DNA of 64,000 bases from Marinoscillum sp. (lineage in GTDB: Bacteria; Bacteroidota; Bacteroidia; Cytophagales; MED-G16). Each line of letters starts with the position of its first letter. Position 1 is the stretch's first letter. The stretch covers positions 44,945-108,944 of the forward strand of contig JBELBJ010000001.1 of NCBI GenBank assembly GCA_042095375.1, read 5' to 3'. Below are positions 28,994 through 39,785 of this stretch, piece by piece. The position numbers were made by a program, and so were the translations under genes. The notes under the pieces were generated by a model. That model had not been told where the DNA came from, searched no databases, and saw nothing but the letters and a program-made list of their open reading frames with translations.

Positions 28994-29514
28994 ATTGACA
29001 TTAATATTTTAAGTTCAGCGGATAGTCTTTCAAATTCATCTTCAGAATTACTTTCATAATAACCTCTTATTCTTCCAAATTTATCAATTAAAATTAAGGA
29101 TGAAAAGTTGATGTCATATAAAAATTTACAATTAACATACTTAATTAATTCAGGTTTATTTAGCGTTAATATTTTCCAATCATTATCGAGGCTAGAGGAT
29201 GTTATAGAATATAAATCAATGATAAAATTATTGTTTAATAATCTTTCTATTTCATTATTAATAAAGTTTTGATTTTCATCATCTAATCTAATATCTATAA
29301 GTATAAAATTCTCTCCTATTTCAAAAATACTATCAGATGTTACATAAAATGGAAATTCAACTTTTGAAAAACAAAAAGAATAATTTCCAACACTTTCTTC
29401 GTGGAAAATTGGAACTTCATAATTGTTTTTACCAAAGAAATGAAGGAAAAAACTTATAATTAATGGAATAATTATTGAAATTGATAAAACAAACCATTTT
29501 AAACTAGGTTTCAT
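28990..29514 (-). CDS. SCO/thioredoxin-fold-like protein lacking the CxxxC copper site
   Basis: 174 aa with an N-terminal TM anchor and an SCO-like C-terminal block LILIDKFGRIRGYY. No CxxxC motif is present anywhere in the ORF. Confidence 0.5.
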   Translation of the reverse strand: MKPSLKWFVLSISIIIPLIISFFLHFFGKNNYEVPIFHEESVGNYSFCFSKVEFPFYVTSDSIFEIGENFILIDIRLDDENQNFINNEIERLLNNNFIIDLYSITSSSLDNDWKILTLNKPELIKYVNCKFLYDINFSSLILIDKFGRIRGYYESNSEDEFERLSAELKILMSI

Positions 29515-29849
29515 TAAGAATATATTGCTTGATAAATCGCATCAGCTTGAATTACCATAGCACCTAATAACCACATTACAAAAACTGTTGGAATTAAGAT
29601 AGTCCACATTAAAGATTTTTTCTCGTGAGCAAGATGCATAAATTCTCCTACAATATATCCAGCCTTTATAAAAGTCATTCCAATAAATAATAAAAGTTTA
29701 AAGTCTTTCCATGATTCTGGAAACTGAAGGGCAACATAAAATTCTGCTGCCGTTACAACACCTAGGATTATAGCAACTTTCCAAATTTTCCAAATTTTGG
29801 ATTTATCGGCAGGTTTAGGTGTTACAAATGAACTTTCTGGCTCTAACAT
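29514..29849 (-). CDS. Cytochrome c oxidase subunit IV family protein (prokaryotic type)
   Basis: 111 aa with three TM helices. It lies directly after the subunit III genes with a 1-nt overlap. Confidence 0.75.
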   Translation of the reverse strand: MLEPESSFVTPKPADKSKIWKIWKVAIILGVVTAAEFYVALQFPESWKDFKLLLFIGMTFIKAGYIVGEFMHLAHEKKSLMWTILIPTVFVMWLLGAMVIQADAIYQAIYS

Positions 29850-29853
29850 AATA

Positions 29854-30600
29854 TTAAACTAAATAAAAAAAAGTAAATACAAAAACCCAGACTAAATCAA
29901 CAAAATGCCAATATAAACCAACCTTTTCAACCATTTCATAATGGCCTCTTTTCTCATATATACCAACGGTTGTTTGATAAAAAATTAAAAAATTTAAAGC
30001 AACACCAGAAAATACATGAAATCCATGAAATCCTGTAATGAAAAAGAAAAATGCTGCAAAGTCAGGGGGACCATATTGATTTAACTCCAAATTTGCACCG
30101 TAAATAATAGAACCATCTAATAATCTACTTCCAAGATCAGTTCCATGAATAAAATGCGACCATTCCCAAGCTTGACAACCTAAAAAAGTAAATCCACCTA
30201 CAATAGTCCAAAGCATCCACTTTTCAACCCCTTTCCTATCCATTCTATGTCCAGCTTCAACAGCTAAGACCATAGTAACACTACTAAGTATTAAAATAAA
30301 TGTCATTAATCCAACAAAAACTAGTGGTAACTCAACTCCATGAAAAAATGGAAATGCTTCAAAAACTTTTTCTGGGACAGGCCAATAAGATTGAGAAAAA
30401 TTAAACTCAGATAAAGTACCTTCATAAGCAGGATGTTTTAATCTAATAACACCATAAGCAATTAAAAATGCAGAAAATGTAAAAGCATCTGATATTAAAA
30501 AGAACCACATCATGAGTTTGCCATAACTGGCTTTAAATGGTTCAACACCACCACCCCATAAGTTTTTATTAGTTGATTTTAAAGAAATAGAATCTGACAT
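29854..30600 (-). CDS. ctaE: Cytochrome c oxidase subunit III
   Basis: 248 aa with subunit-III family blocks (FFFITGFHGFHVFSG, YWHFVDLVWVFVF). Confidence 0.9.
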   Translation of the reverse strand: MSDSISLKSTNKNLWGGGVEPFKASYGKLMMWFFLISDAFTFSAFLIAYGVIRLKHPAYEGTLSEFNFSQSYWPVPEKVFEAFPFFHGVELPLVFVGLMTFILILSSVTMVLAVEAGHRMDRKGVEKWMLWTIVGGFTFLGCQAWEWSHFIHGTDLGSRLLDGSIIYGANLELNQYGPPDFAAFFFFITGFHGFHVFSGVALNFLIFYQTTVGIYEKRGHYEMVEKVGLYWHFVDLVWVFVFTFFYLV

Positions 30601-30608
30601 AATTAAAA

Positions 30609-31175
30609 TTAATTATATAAGTATAAAGTTACATATAAATACAACCATAAACCAGTAAGAAAGTGCCAATATGTTGTTGACATTTCAATTAAATTTAAAT
30701 TTTTTGAGTGAACATCTAATTTTAAACTCCTAAATAAAACTATTGAAATAAAAACTAAACCAGTAATTAAATGAAATGCATGAACTCCGGTTATAACGTA
30801 TATAAAAGAACCATCAGGATGACCAACTAAATAGATACCAGAATTAACTAATTCTCCCCATGAAAAATATTGAAGAACTAGGAAAGATAATCCTAACAAA
30901 ATAGATGCTAACAAATAAATATTTAATTTATTTAAATCATCTTTTTTTGCAGAAAAATATGCTAGCTGTTTAAATAAACTACTCAATACAACAACAATTG
31001 TAGAATAAATAAACATATTAGGTAAATTAATAATTAATCCACCTGGCTCTCCTTTTTTAACAATATAAGCGCTAATTAAGGAAACAAAAATCATAGAAAT
31101 AGAAATAATAAATATCCAAGTAATAAATATATTTGGATTCATTCTTAAAATTTTAACATTTGATTTCATAGGCAC
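30609..31175 (-). CDS. Cytochrome c oxidase subunit III-like protein (short form)
   Basis: 188 aa with ITGVHAFHLITG and YWHFLTGLWLYLY blocks. It is the second subunit-III paralog, as is usual in Flavobacteriia oxidase clusters. Confidence 0.85.
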   Translation of the reverse strand: MPMKSNVKILRMNPNIFITWIFIISISMIFVSLISAYIVKKGEPGGLIINLPNMFIYSTIVVVLSSLFKQLAYFSAKKDDLNKLNIYLLASILLGLSFLVLQYFSWGELVNSGIYLVGHPDGSFIYVITGVHAFHLITGLVFISIVLFRSLKLDVHSKNLNLIEMSTTYWHFLTGLWLYLYVTLYLYN

Positions 31176-32023
31176 TAAATTTTATCTAAAATATAACTTA
31201 TCTGTACAATTGGTAAATAAATAAATGAACCAATCATAACTCTCAACGCAGATTTTTTTGAAAAATCTTTTATTAAATGAATAGTTTGTATCAAAAAAAG
31301 AACACCACATAATATTGCAACAAAACCCGAAATTAAACCAGTTATCCCAAAAATAGTTGGTAATAGTCCTAATGGTAAAAGAATCAATGTATAGGTCATA
31401 ATATTAATAGCTGTTGAAAAATTTTTACCTCCGCCATTAGGCAATAATTTAAAACCTGCTTTTTTATAATCCTCATCTGAAACCCATGCGATAGCCCAAA
31501 AATGAGGAAACTGCCAAATAAATTGAATAGAAAAAATTATAATTGCCTCAATAGATATTTGATTAGTAGCAGCAACCCACCCAATTAAAGGAGGTAAGGC
31601 TCCAGGAATCGCGCCTACAAAAACAGCAATCGAACTAACTTTTTTTAAAGGAGTATATACAAATGAATAAATTATCAAAGATAAAATAGATAAAAATGCG
31701 GAGTAAAAATTATGGAAATAATATAAAATTAAAAATCCTGATAAGGAAAAAAATAAAGAAACAATTATACTGCTTTTAATGGAAATTCTTTTTGTTGGTA
31801 TAGGTCTTTTCATAGTTCTTTTCATTAAACCATCTGATTCTTTTTCCAAAATTTGATTATTTATTAAAGATGAAGAAGTAATTAACCAACCACCAAAAAA
31901 TAAAAAAAACAAATCATTATAATTTATCCCTTCGGTAGAAGCTAAAATAAATCCAAAAATAGCTGAAAAAGTTACTAATAAAGATAATCTCAATTTGGTA
32001 AGTTCAATTATAATTTTAATCAT
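31175..32023 (-). CDS. ctaB: Protoheme IX farnesyltransferase (heme O synthase)
   Basis: 282 aa, UbiA-family polytopic protein with the E..SD..M.RT..RP motif (EKESDGLMKRTMKRPIP). Confidence 0.92.
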   Translation of the reverse strand: MIKIIIELTKLRLSLLVTFSAIFGFILASTEGINYNDLFFLFFGGWLITSSSLINNQILEKESDGLMKRTMKRPIPTKRISIKSSIIVSLFFSLSGFLILYYFHNFYSAFLSILSLIIYSFVYTPLKKVSSIAVFVGAIPGALPPLIGWVAATNQISIEAIIIFSIQFIWQFPHFWAIAWVSDEDYKKAGFKLLPNGGGKNFSTAINIMTYTLILLPLGLLPTIFGITGLISGFVAILCGVLFLIQTIHLIKDFSKKSALRVMIGSFIYLPIVQISYILDKI

Positions 32024-32067
32024 GTATTTTATTTAATTCAGCAAATATATTTTTAGATAAATTAATT

Positions 32068-33126
32068 TCAAAAGTTTTCTTTTCGTGTTGAAAAATCAAT
32101 TAATAAAAATAAGTAAAACAATAAACCAAAAATAAGAAAAGCAATTAATAAATGTAGTGGTTGTAAAAAACTTGGTATTGAAAAATAAGCCATACCAGCC
32201 CCAGATATAATTTCTAATACAATTAGAGCTAATATTGACATAATAGTATTATAATTAGACTTTAAAAAGTTTTTGCTAGATAGCAACAAATAAACTAAAT
32301 ACATATTGATTCCTAAAATAAATAATGAAAAGGATCTATGTATGATAAATTCAAAACCTAAATTAGCTATCCAAGTATGTCTTAAATTTTCACCAATAAC
32401 AATCGCTACTTGATCTATAGATTCCCTCACTTGAGATCCTAAGATAATTTGAAAAAACATAGCAAATAAATTAAGGGCTAAGAAAAATTTTATTTGTTTT
32501 ATTTTAAGCAATGAATCTAAAACATATTTATTTTTTTTAGATAAATAATAAGTATAAATCATTAATGAAATTATCAATAATGCAACTATCATATGAAGTG
32601 TAATAACTCCAGGCATCAATTTTGTAGAAACAACTATTGATCCAAGCCATGCTTGAAATAAAACTAGAATTAAGGATGATAATGAAATGAGAAATATTCT
32701 GTTTTTTATTTTAAAATAACTTATTGAAGATAAGAATGTTAAAAAAATTGATAACCCTACTAATGCGCCTAATAATCTATTCAAATATTCAGTCCAAGTT
32801 TTATATACATTAAAATCTTCTTCTTCATAAATAGATTTATCTTCTAAAAGTCTTTTTGATAAGTCATTAAATCCAAAAAAAGATAAATAATTAGAGAGCC
32901 TAATATTTTTATTTTTTCTTTCTTGAATAAACTCATCTTTGTAGTTATCAGATAATTCTGAAATATGAGTTGGTGGAATAATTTTACCAAAACATTTAGG
33001 CCAATCAGGACAACCCATACCAGAACCAGTACTTCTTACAATTCCACCAGCAAAAATTAACAAGTAAAGTAATATAAGTGTGAGAAAATTAATTTGTCTA
33101 AATCGACTACCTAACCATTTTATCAT
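32068..33126 (-). CDS. ctaA: Heme A synthase (COX15/CtaA)
   Basis: 352 aa with 8 TM helices, an N-terminal periplasmic Cys pair (GMGCPDWPKC) and conserved His-bearing helices. Confidence 0.88.
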   Translation of the reverse strand: MIKWLGSRFRQINFLTLILLYLLIFAGGIVRSTGSGMGCPDWPKCFGKIIPPTHISELSDNYKDEFIQERKNKNIRLSNYLSFFGFNDLSKRLLEDKSIYEEEDFNVYKTWTEYLNRLLGALVGLSIFLTFLSSISYFKIKNRIFLISLSSLILVLFQAWLGSIVVSTKLMPGVITLHMIVALLIISLMIYTYYLSKKNKYVLDSLLKIKQIKFFLALNLFAMFFQIILGSQVRESIDQVAIVIGENLRHTWIANLGFEFIIHRSFSLFILGINMYLVYLLLSSKNFLKSNYNTIMSILALIVLEIISGAGMAYFSIPSFLQPLHLLIAFLIFGLLFYLFLLIDFSTRKENF

Positions 33127-33132
33127 TACTTT

Positions 33133-34965
33133 CTAATGCTGATCATCATCAGGTAAATTAGATTCAGGGGTCTTCGAATAAGGAATATTCTGAGGTATAA
33201 AATCTTCCTTGGATCCAGTTTTACTATAATCGTATGCCCATCTCTCTACTTTTGGAATAGGTCCATCCCAATTTCCATGTCCAGGATTAATTGGAGTTGT
33301 CCATTCTAATGTGTTAGATCTCCAAGGGTTTTCATTGGCCTTTTTACCTCTAAACATACTATAGAAAAAATTAAATAATAAAATAAATTGAGCTCCAAAT
33401 GTTATTAAAGCTGCGTAAGAAACAAAAACATTCAAATCAACGAACGATTCAATATTTCCAGCTTGAAATGTTGAGAAGGAATAATATCTTCTGGGAAATC
33501 CAGCCATTCCGATATAATGAAGAGGAAAGAACACTAAATAGGAACCAATAAATGTCATCCAGAAATGAATATAACCTAAACCATTATTCATCATTCTACC
33601 AAACATCTTTGGAAACCAATGATATACACCAGCAAATAAACCAAAAAATGCTGAAACACCCATAACAATATGAAAATGAGCAACAACAAAATACGTATCA
33701 TGTAAATTAATATCTAAAGCTGAATTTCCAAGAAATATCCCAGTAACACCACCAGAAATAAATGTAGAAACAAGACCAATAGAAAATAGCATTGCAGGAG
33801 TAAAAATTATATTGCCACGCCAAAGTGTTGCTATATAATTAAATGCTTTTATTGCAGAGGGAACAGCAATTATTAATGTTAAAACTGTAAAAACAGAACC
33901 AAGAAAAGGATTCATGCCGGAAATAAACATATGATGTGCCCAAACTACAAAAGAAAGTCCACCGATAGCAAGAATTGAATATACCATAAATTTGTATCCA
34001 AAAATTGGTTTTCTTGAGCATGTAGCAATAACTTCTGAAGCTATTCCAAGAGCAGGAAGAATAACTATATAAACTTCAGGATGTCCTAAAAACCAAAAAA
34101 GATGCTGAAATAAAATTGCACTACCTCCCTCATTTGCTAAAGCCTCACCTCCAATATAAATATCAGATAAATAAAAGCTTGTTCCAAAAGATCTATCCAT
34201 AATTAAAAGTAGAGCTGCTGATAATAAAACTGGAAATGATAAGACTCCTAAAATTGCCGTAACAAAAAATGCCCAAATAGTTAGAGGCATTCTAAAAAAT
34301 GTCATTCCTTCAGTTCTTAAATTTATAACAGTAGTAATATAATTCAGAGCACCTAATAAGGCTGATACAATAAATAATGCCATGGAAATTAACCAAAAAG
34401 TCATACCTAGACCAGATCCAGATACTGCTTGAGGTAAGGCACTAAGAGGTGGATAAATTGTCCATCCTCCACTAGCAGGACCACCTTCAACAAAAATTGA
34501 AATAAACATTACAATACTTGATAAAAAGAAAAACCAATAAGATAGCATATTAAGAAATCCAGATGCCATATCTCTCGCACCCACCTGTAATGGGATTAAA
34601 AAGTTACTAAATGTACCACTTAATCCTGCAGTTAATACAAAGAAAACCATAATGGTTCCATGCATAGTTATGAGTGCTAAGTAAACTTCAGCATCAATTT
34701 TTCCTTGGGGTGTTAGCCAGTTACCAATTATAGGACTTAAAAAACTTAAATCTAAATCTGGAAAACCAAGTTGAACTCTAAATAAAGATGAAAAAAGTCC
34801 ACCTACTACAGCCCAAAATATTCCAGTAATAAGAAACTGTTTAGCTATAACCTTATGATCCTCTGAAAAAATATATTTTCTAATAAATCCAAGATCATGA
34901 TGTTCATCATGATGTTCATCATGATCAACTTTAACCTTTTTTATTGTTTTTAATTTGGTCTCCAT
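33133..34965 (-). CDS. ctaD: Cytochrome c oxidase subunit I
   Basis: 610 aa with canonical heme-copper oxidase blocks (LFWFLGHPEVY, AHHMF, VVAHFHIVM) and a His-rich N-terminal tail (DHDEHHDEHHD). Confidence 0.97.
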   Translation of the reverse strand: METKLKTIKKVKVDHDEHHDEHHDLGFIRKYIFSEDHKVIAKQFLITGIFWAVVGGLFSSLFRVQLGFPDLDLSFLSPIIGNWLTPQGKIDAEVYLALITMHGTIMVFFVLTAGLSGTFSNFLIPLQVGARDMASGFLNMLSYWFFFLSSIVMFISIFVEGGPASGGWTIYPPLSALPQAVSGSGLGMTFWLISMALFIVSALLGALNYITTVINLRTEGMTFFRMPLTIWAFFVTAILGVLSFPVLLSAALLLIMDRSFGTSFYLSDIYIGGEALANEGGSAILFQHLFWFLGHPEVYIVILPALGIASEVIATCSRKPIFGYKFMVYSILAIGGLSFVVWAHHMFISGMNPFLGSVFTVLTLIIAVPSAIKAFNYIATLWRGNIIFTPAMLFSIGLVSTFISGGVTGIFLGNSALDINLHDTYFVVAHFHIVMGVSAFFGLFAGVYHWFPKMFGRMMNNGLGYIHFWMTFIGSYLVFFPLHYIGMAGFPRRYYSFSTFQAGNIESFVDLNVFVSYAALITFGAQFILLFNFFYSMFRGKKANENPWRSNTLEWTTPINPGHGNWDGPIPKVERWAYDYSKTGSKEDFIPQNIPYSKTPESNLPDDDQH

Positions 34966-34967
34966 AA

Positions 34968-35999
34968 TTAATCGCGTAAAGATAGTTTTTGAAAATTATT
35001 TTTTTCTTGAATTTTAGATAAATATTCAGGGTTTTTTTCAATCCATGGTTTCTGAGATTTCTTCCATTCTAAATATTCATATTCTTCTTGAACCACAACT
35101 GTATGTTTCATTGAAAAGTGAGCTCTACCACAAATTTTATTACATAAAATTTCATAATTAAAATCAGGATTGCCTGTTTCTTCTCTAATTTCTTCAGTTG
35201 TTTTAGTTGGAACAAACCAAAATTGAGTAGGCATTCCAGGAACAGCATTCATTTGAGATCTCATATAAGGCATATACACACTATGTATAACATCTCTTGA
35301 ACGAATTTTGAATAAAACGGGTTTTCCTTTAGGTACATGTATTTCTCTAGGCATAAAATCATCAAAGGAAGCAGAATCAGTAAAATCAACCCCGAGAATA
35401 TTATCAACATCAATAAGTTTGAAATTGTATGAACCTAATTTATTATCTTCTCCAGGATATCTTGATGCCCATGCAAACTGATATCCAACGACTTCAATTA
35501 CTTCAGGATCTTCAGGTGGAGGACCTGTTATTTCACCCCAAACTATTAATCCCCATCCAATTAAAACGGTAAGAACAATTGCGGGAATGATAGTCCAAAT
35601 TAGTTCAAGTTTAAGATTTTCTGGATAAAATTGGGCTTTTCTTGATTCATTATATTTATACTTATATGCAAAATAAAACATAACAATTTGAGTAACAATA
35701 AATACAAATGCAGTTACTGCTGTTGTTACCCAAAATAGTCTTTCAGTAACATACCCGTGTTCAGAAGCAATTGGTAATACATAATTATCATATTCTGCAA
35801 CAGAATACCAAACAAGACCTACAATTAGTGAGAGTAAAAATATAATCCCACCGATAGCATTTAAATTATTCAAACTGTCATTAAAGCTTGATGATTTTTT
35901 TTCTTTATCAGTAATTGCCAATAATTCAGAAGATCTAAATAATTGAAAAATTATTAGAAGGAAAAGAAACGCTGAAATAAATAAAATAATATTCATCAA
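34968..35999 (-). CDS. ctaC: Cytochrome c oxidase subunit II (CuA, no fused cytochrome c domain)
   Basis: 343 aa with two N-terminal TM helices and CuA ligands DVIHS...CNKICGRAHFSM (HxnCxxxCxxxHxxM). There is no CxxCH motif. Confidence 0.93.
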   Translation of the reverse strand: MMNIILFISAFLFLLIIFQLFRSSELLAITDKEKKSSSFNDSLNNLNAIGGIIFLLSLIVGLVWYSVAEYDNYVLPIASEHGYVTERLFWVTTAVTAFVFIVTQIVMFYFAYKYKYNESRKAQFYPENLKLELIWTIIPAIVLTVLIGWGLIVWGEITGPPPEDPEVIEVVGYQFAWASRYPGEDNKLGSYNFKLIDVDNILGVDFTDSASFDDFMPREIHVPKGKPVLFKIRSRDVIHSVYMPYMRSQMNAVPGMPTQFWFVPTKTTEEIREETGNPDFNYEILCNKICGRAHFSMKHTVVVQEEYEYLEWKKSQKPWIEKNPEYLSKIQEKNNFQKLSLRD

Positions 36000-36008
36000 A
36001 TTAAAAAT

Positions 36009-37271
36009 TTAAACATCATGATGCAAACTTTCCTCAAGCATTGGATGATTTTTTGCAACCAATCTTCGAGAACTTAAACTACGTAATACTACGAATAAAA
36101 ATGAAGAAAGATACACAACTAATATTCCAATTTCCATAAAGCCAAATCCACCGTTCTCTTTTAAAACTCCAGGCGTTACCATTAAGTAAAAATCAATGAA
36201 ATGACCAAATAAAATTATCGGACAAGCAATTTTTAAAAATCTTGTATGTCTTTTGCTAGCCCTTGTCATCAAAAACAAGAAAGGAAAGAAAAAGTTACAA
36301 ATTAAATTGAGATAAAAGAAAGGAGCATAAATGCCACTTTTAACTCTTTCTACATAATATATTGTTTCCTCGGGAATGTGTGCATAATAAATTAATAAGT
36401 ATTGAGAAAACCATATATAAGTCCAAAAAACACTGAATGCAAAAACAAATTTTCCTAAATCATGAATAACACTATGATTAATAAAATCTAAATTTCCGTT
36501 TTCTTTTAATGCTATAACTATTAACGTTATAAATGCAAGAGAAGATACCCACCAACTTGCAAAAACATACCAACCAATCATTGTACTAAACCAATGAGTA
36601 TCAATAGATAAAATCCAATCCCAAGCAGCAACAGAACTTGTAACAGCATAAACTACAACAAATACTGCTGAAATAGTAAACAATTTTCTCCAATGAGTTT
36701 CTCCTCCATTGACATCTTCTTTATCAGACTCTTTAACAATTATAATGTATAATAAATACCATATAACAAAAAATAAAATCATTCTTGATAAATAAAAAGG
36801 CACATTCAAATATGCTTTTTTACCATCAATAATAGCATCATATCTGTAATCGTTAACATCATATAAATATTCATGAGTCCAGTGAAAAATATCATGGTTA
36901 GCTATTCCAAAAACTAGAAGCATTAAAATAAAAGCATAAGGCATCCAACTTCCCATAGCTATTGGTATTCTTATCAAACCTGCTGACCATCCAGCTTGAG
37001 CTACATATTGAATTGCAAGGAAAAATACCGCTGATACTGAAATACCGGTAAAATATACATTATTAATCCATAAGTTTGAAAAGAATCTTTGATACCAATG
37101 AAATTCATAGTGTGAACTTTCTGAAGCTAAATTAGAAACCTCTTCATGATGACTATCTCCATTTATTATCATAAAAATACCAACAATTGTTAAAAGAATT
37201 CCTGAAGCAAATAAAATTAATAATTGCTTTTTAGTTTGTGATTTAAATATATAGTCTTTTCCTAAACTCAT
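36009..37271 (-). CDS. actF: Alternative Complex III subunit ActF (membrane subunit)
   Basis: 420 aa, polytopic. It lies last in the actABCDEF order and overlaps actE with ATGA. Confidence 0.8.
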   Translation of the reverse strand: MSLGKDYIFKSQTKKQLLILFASGILLTIVGIFMIINGDSHHEEVSNLASESSHYEFHWYQRFFSNLWINNVYFTGISVSAVFFLAIQYVAQAGWSAGLIRIPIAMGSWMPYAFILMLLVFGIANHDIFHWTHEYLYDVNDYRYDAIIDGKKAYLNVPFYLSRMILFFVIWYLLYIIIVKESDKEDVNGGETHWRKLFTISAVFVVVYAVTSSVAAWDWILSIDTHWFSTMIGWYVFASWWVSSLAFITLIVIALKENGNLDFINHSVIHDLGKFVFAFSVFWTYIWFSQYLLIYYAHIPEETIYYVERVKSGIYAPFFYLNLICNFFFPFLFLMTRASKRHTRFLKIACPIILFGHFIDFYLMVTPGVLKENGGFGFMEIGILVVYLSSFLFVVLRSLSSRRLVAKNHPMLEESLHHDV

Positions 37272-37870
37272 TGTTTTTGTAAAGTTTGAACATATTTAAC
37301 AACCTTCCATCTGTCTTCAATTGATATTTGAGATCCATGAGCCCACATTCTACCTTTTCCATGGGTAATAGTGTGAAAAATATCACCTTCGGTTTTATCT
37401 TTAACAGCTCTTGAATTATAGGCAGTAACACCTTTATATACGACACCAACTAACCCATCACCCATTCCTTTATCACCATGACAATGAATACAATATCTAG
37501 TATAAATAACCTTTCCTTCTATTAATACTTCTTCAGAATCTTCTAATGGGCTTTTTAACTCCGATGCTAAGTCAATACTATCTTTAGGAATTCTATATGG
37601 TAAATAATTACTTCTCCTTACTGTTCCTGGAACTGGCTCCCTCATTGTCATTTCATTATTGTTATACGGATTGGAATTATAAAATTCACCATGATTATCA
37701 TCAGGATTTGAATCCAGCCAACTTCCAATTTCTTTATCTTTAACTTGAGATAAAGGTTCATAGGGAACTGAATGATACATATTAGGAGCATATTCAACTC
37801 CAGGATAATCATCCTTAGCAGCACAAGCTGAAATAAATAAACCAATTAAAAATATTTTTATATTTTTCAT
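37268..37870 (-). CDS. actE: Alternative Complex III monoheme cytochrome c lipoprotein ActE
   Basis: 200 aa with a lipobox (FISAC) and a single CIHCHG heme site with a distal Met region. Confidence 0.85.
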   Translation of the reverse strand: MKNIKIFLIGLFISACAAKDDYPGVEYAPNMYHSVPYEPLSQVKDKEIGSWLDSNPDDNHGEFYNSNPYNNNEMTMREPVPGTVRRSNYLPYRIPKDSIDLASELKSPLEDSEEVLIEGKVIYTRYCIHCHGDKGMGDGLVGVVYKGVTAYNSRAVKDKTEGDIFHTITHGKGRMWAHGSQISIEDRWKVVKYVQTLQKQ

Positions 37871-38401
37871 TTAATCCATTTGCTTTTCATTAACTTCTGA
37901 TGCACCAGAAGCATTTAAAAGCTTTGTAATTTTAGTTTTATTTAATTTATTTTTTTCTAGTTCAATTGCAACAATGTGTTTATCATCAGTAGATCTAATA
38001 TCAAACATTTTAGCTTTTCCCCAGGGCTTCAAATCACTTATTACTAAAAAAGTCCCAACCATTCCAAATGCAGATAATAACACAGTCATTTCAAAAGTTA
38101 CAGGAATAAAAGTTGGAAAAGGTAAAAAATCTTTTCCTCCTATTATCATTGGCCAATCAATTGTCATCATATAAATCATCATTGTAAGAGCTAAACATGT
38201 TCCTGTCATACCAAAAAGAAAAGCAGCTATTGATAATCTTGATCTATTGTATCCTAAAGCTTTTTCAATACCATGTACTGGAAAGGGAGAATATACCTCA
38301 TGAATATTTACTCCTTCTTTTCTAACTTTAGTAATAGCTTTTAACAAAACATCCTCATCTTCAAATACTCCTAAAACAAAATTTTTAATACTATCAGCCA
38401 T
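37871..38401 (-). CDS. actD: Alternative Complex III subunit ActD (DUF3341)
   Basis: 176 aa with a soluble N-domain plus two TM helices. It abuts actC and actE with no gaps. Confidence 0.8.
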   Translation of the reverse strand: MADSIKNFVLGVFEDEDVLLKAITKVRKEGVNIHEVYSPFPVHGIEKALGYNRSRLSIAAFLFGMTGTCLALTMMIYMMTIDWPMIIGGKDFLPFPTFIPVTFEMTVLLSAFGMVGTFLVISDLKPWGKAKMFDIRSTDDKHIVAIELEKNKLNKTKITKLLNASGASEVNEKQMD

Positions 38402-39781
38402 TTATTTGTTTTTTTTTGTTTCTCCTGTAGGTTTTAAAATACTTTTAACTTCAGCCATATTAATTACAGGAAAATATTTTGAAAAAAGTAAGTAAGCTGT
38501 AAAGAAAAACCCAAATGAAAAAAGATACATTCCCACATCATAAATTGTCGGATAAAACATTCCCCAACTTGAAGGAATATAATCTCTATGCAAAGAAGTA
38601 ACAATTATGACAAATCTTTCAAACCACATACCAATATTTACTACAATAGAAATAATAAATGTTGCAGCTATATTAGTTCTGATTTTTTTAAACCAAAAAA
38701 GTTGAGGTGATACAACATTACAAGCCATCATAGAAAAATATGCCCACCAATAAGGTCCGGTAACTCTATTATAGAAAGCATATTGTTCATATTCAACGCC
38801 AGAGTACCAAGCTATAAATAATTCTGTAATGTATGCAATACCAACAATAGAACCAGTTACTATAATAACTATATTCATCAATTCAAGATGTTTGATAGTA
38901 ATGTAATCTTCTAAATTGTATACTTTTCTTGTAATAATTAATAGAGTAAGAACCATTGCAAATCCAGAAAAAATAGCACCAGCAACAAAATAAGGGGGAA
39001 AAATTGTTGTATGCCATCCAGGAATAACTGAAGTAGCAAAATCCATTGAAACAATAGTATGAACAGATAAAACAAGAGGTGTTGCTAAACCAGCTAAAAC
39101 CAAAGCAACAGTTTCATACCTTGACCAAGTTTTTGCAGCTCCATCCCAACCAAAACTCAAGGCTCCATATATTGATGCTGAAATTGTTCTTCCAGCTTTT
39201 ACTGCTCTATCTCTTATAGTCGCAAAGTCTGGAATCAACCCAATATACCAGAAGACAAGAGAAACTGAAAAATAAGTGCTAATCGCAAAAACATCCCATA
39301 AAAGAGGACTGGCAAAATTTACCCATAAAGAACCGTACGTATTTGGAAGTGGCAATGCCCAAAAAAACCCAAGCCATAATCTTCCCATATGAAGCAAGGG
39401 AAACATAGCAGCACAAATTACAGCAAATATTGTCATTGCTTCAGCAGCCCGGTTTATAGACATCCTCCACCTTTGTCTAAATAAAAGTAAAATTGCTGAA
39501 ATAAGTGTTCCAGCATGACCAATACCTACCCACCAAACAAAGTTTGTAATATCCCATGCCCAACCTACAGTTTTATTTAAACCCCACATACCAATACCAT
39601 CCCACAAAGTTCTATATACAGCATAACCACCAACTAAAAGCATCATTAGAGAAATACCTAGAGCTATTAACCAAGATACACTTGGCTTGTCTTCAACCCT
39701 TCTAGATATATCATTTGAAACATCATGAAGAGTTTTACCTCCGGTAATTAATGGTGTTCTTATTTTAGATTCAACATGCAT
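38402..39781 (-). CDS. actC: Alternative Complex III quinol-binding membrane subunit ActC (NrfD/PsrC family)
   Basis: 459 aa, polytopic NrfD-like protein immediately after the Fe-S subunit. Confidence 0.88.
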   Translation of the reverse strand: MHVESKIRTPLITGGKTLHDVSNDISRRVEDKPSVSWLIALGISLMMLLVGGYAVYRTLWDGIGMWGLNKTVGWAWDITNFVWWVGIGHAGTLISAILLLFRQRWRMSINRAAEAMTIFAVICAAMFPLLHMGRLWLGFFWALPLPNTYGSLWVNFASPLLWDVFAISTYFSVSLVFWYIGLIPDFATIRDRAVKAGRTISASIYGALSFGWDGAAKTWSRYETVALVLAGLATPLVLSVHTIVSMDFATSVIPGWHTTIFPPYFVAGAIFSGFAMVLTLLIITRKVYNLEDYITIKHLELMNIVIIVTGSIVGIAYITELFIAWYSGVEYEQYAFYNRVTGPYWWAYFSMMACNVVSPQLFWFKKIRTNIAATFIISIVVNIGMWFERFVIIVTSLHRDYIPSSWGMFYPTIYDVGMYLFSFGFFFTAYLLFSKYFPVINMAEVKSILKPTGETKKNK

Positions 39782-39785
39782 ATTT

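Noticed and set aside
34894-34926. About 2.7 tandem copies of a 12-nt unit (atcatgatgttc) at the 5' end of ctaD, encoding HDEHHDEHHD.
   Set aside because: - His/Asp/Glu-rich N-terminal tails are a common feature of Bacteroidota oxidase subunit I.
- The repeat is in frame and short.
- It could vary in copy number but does not look like an independent element.
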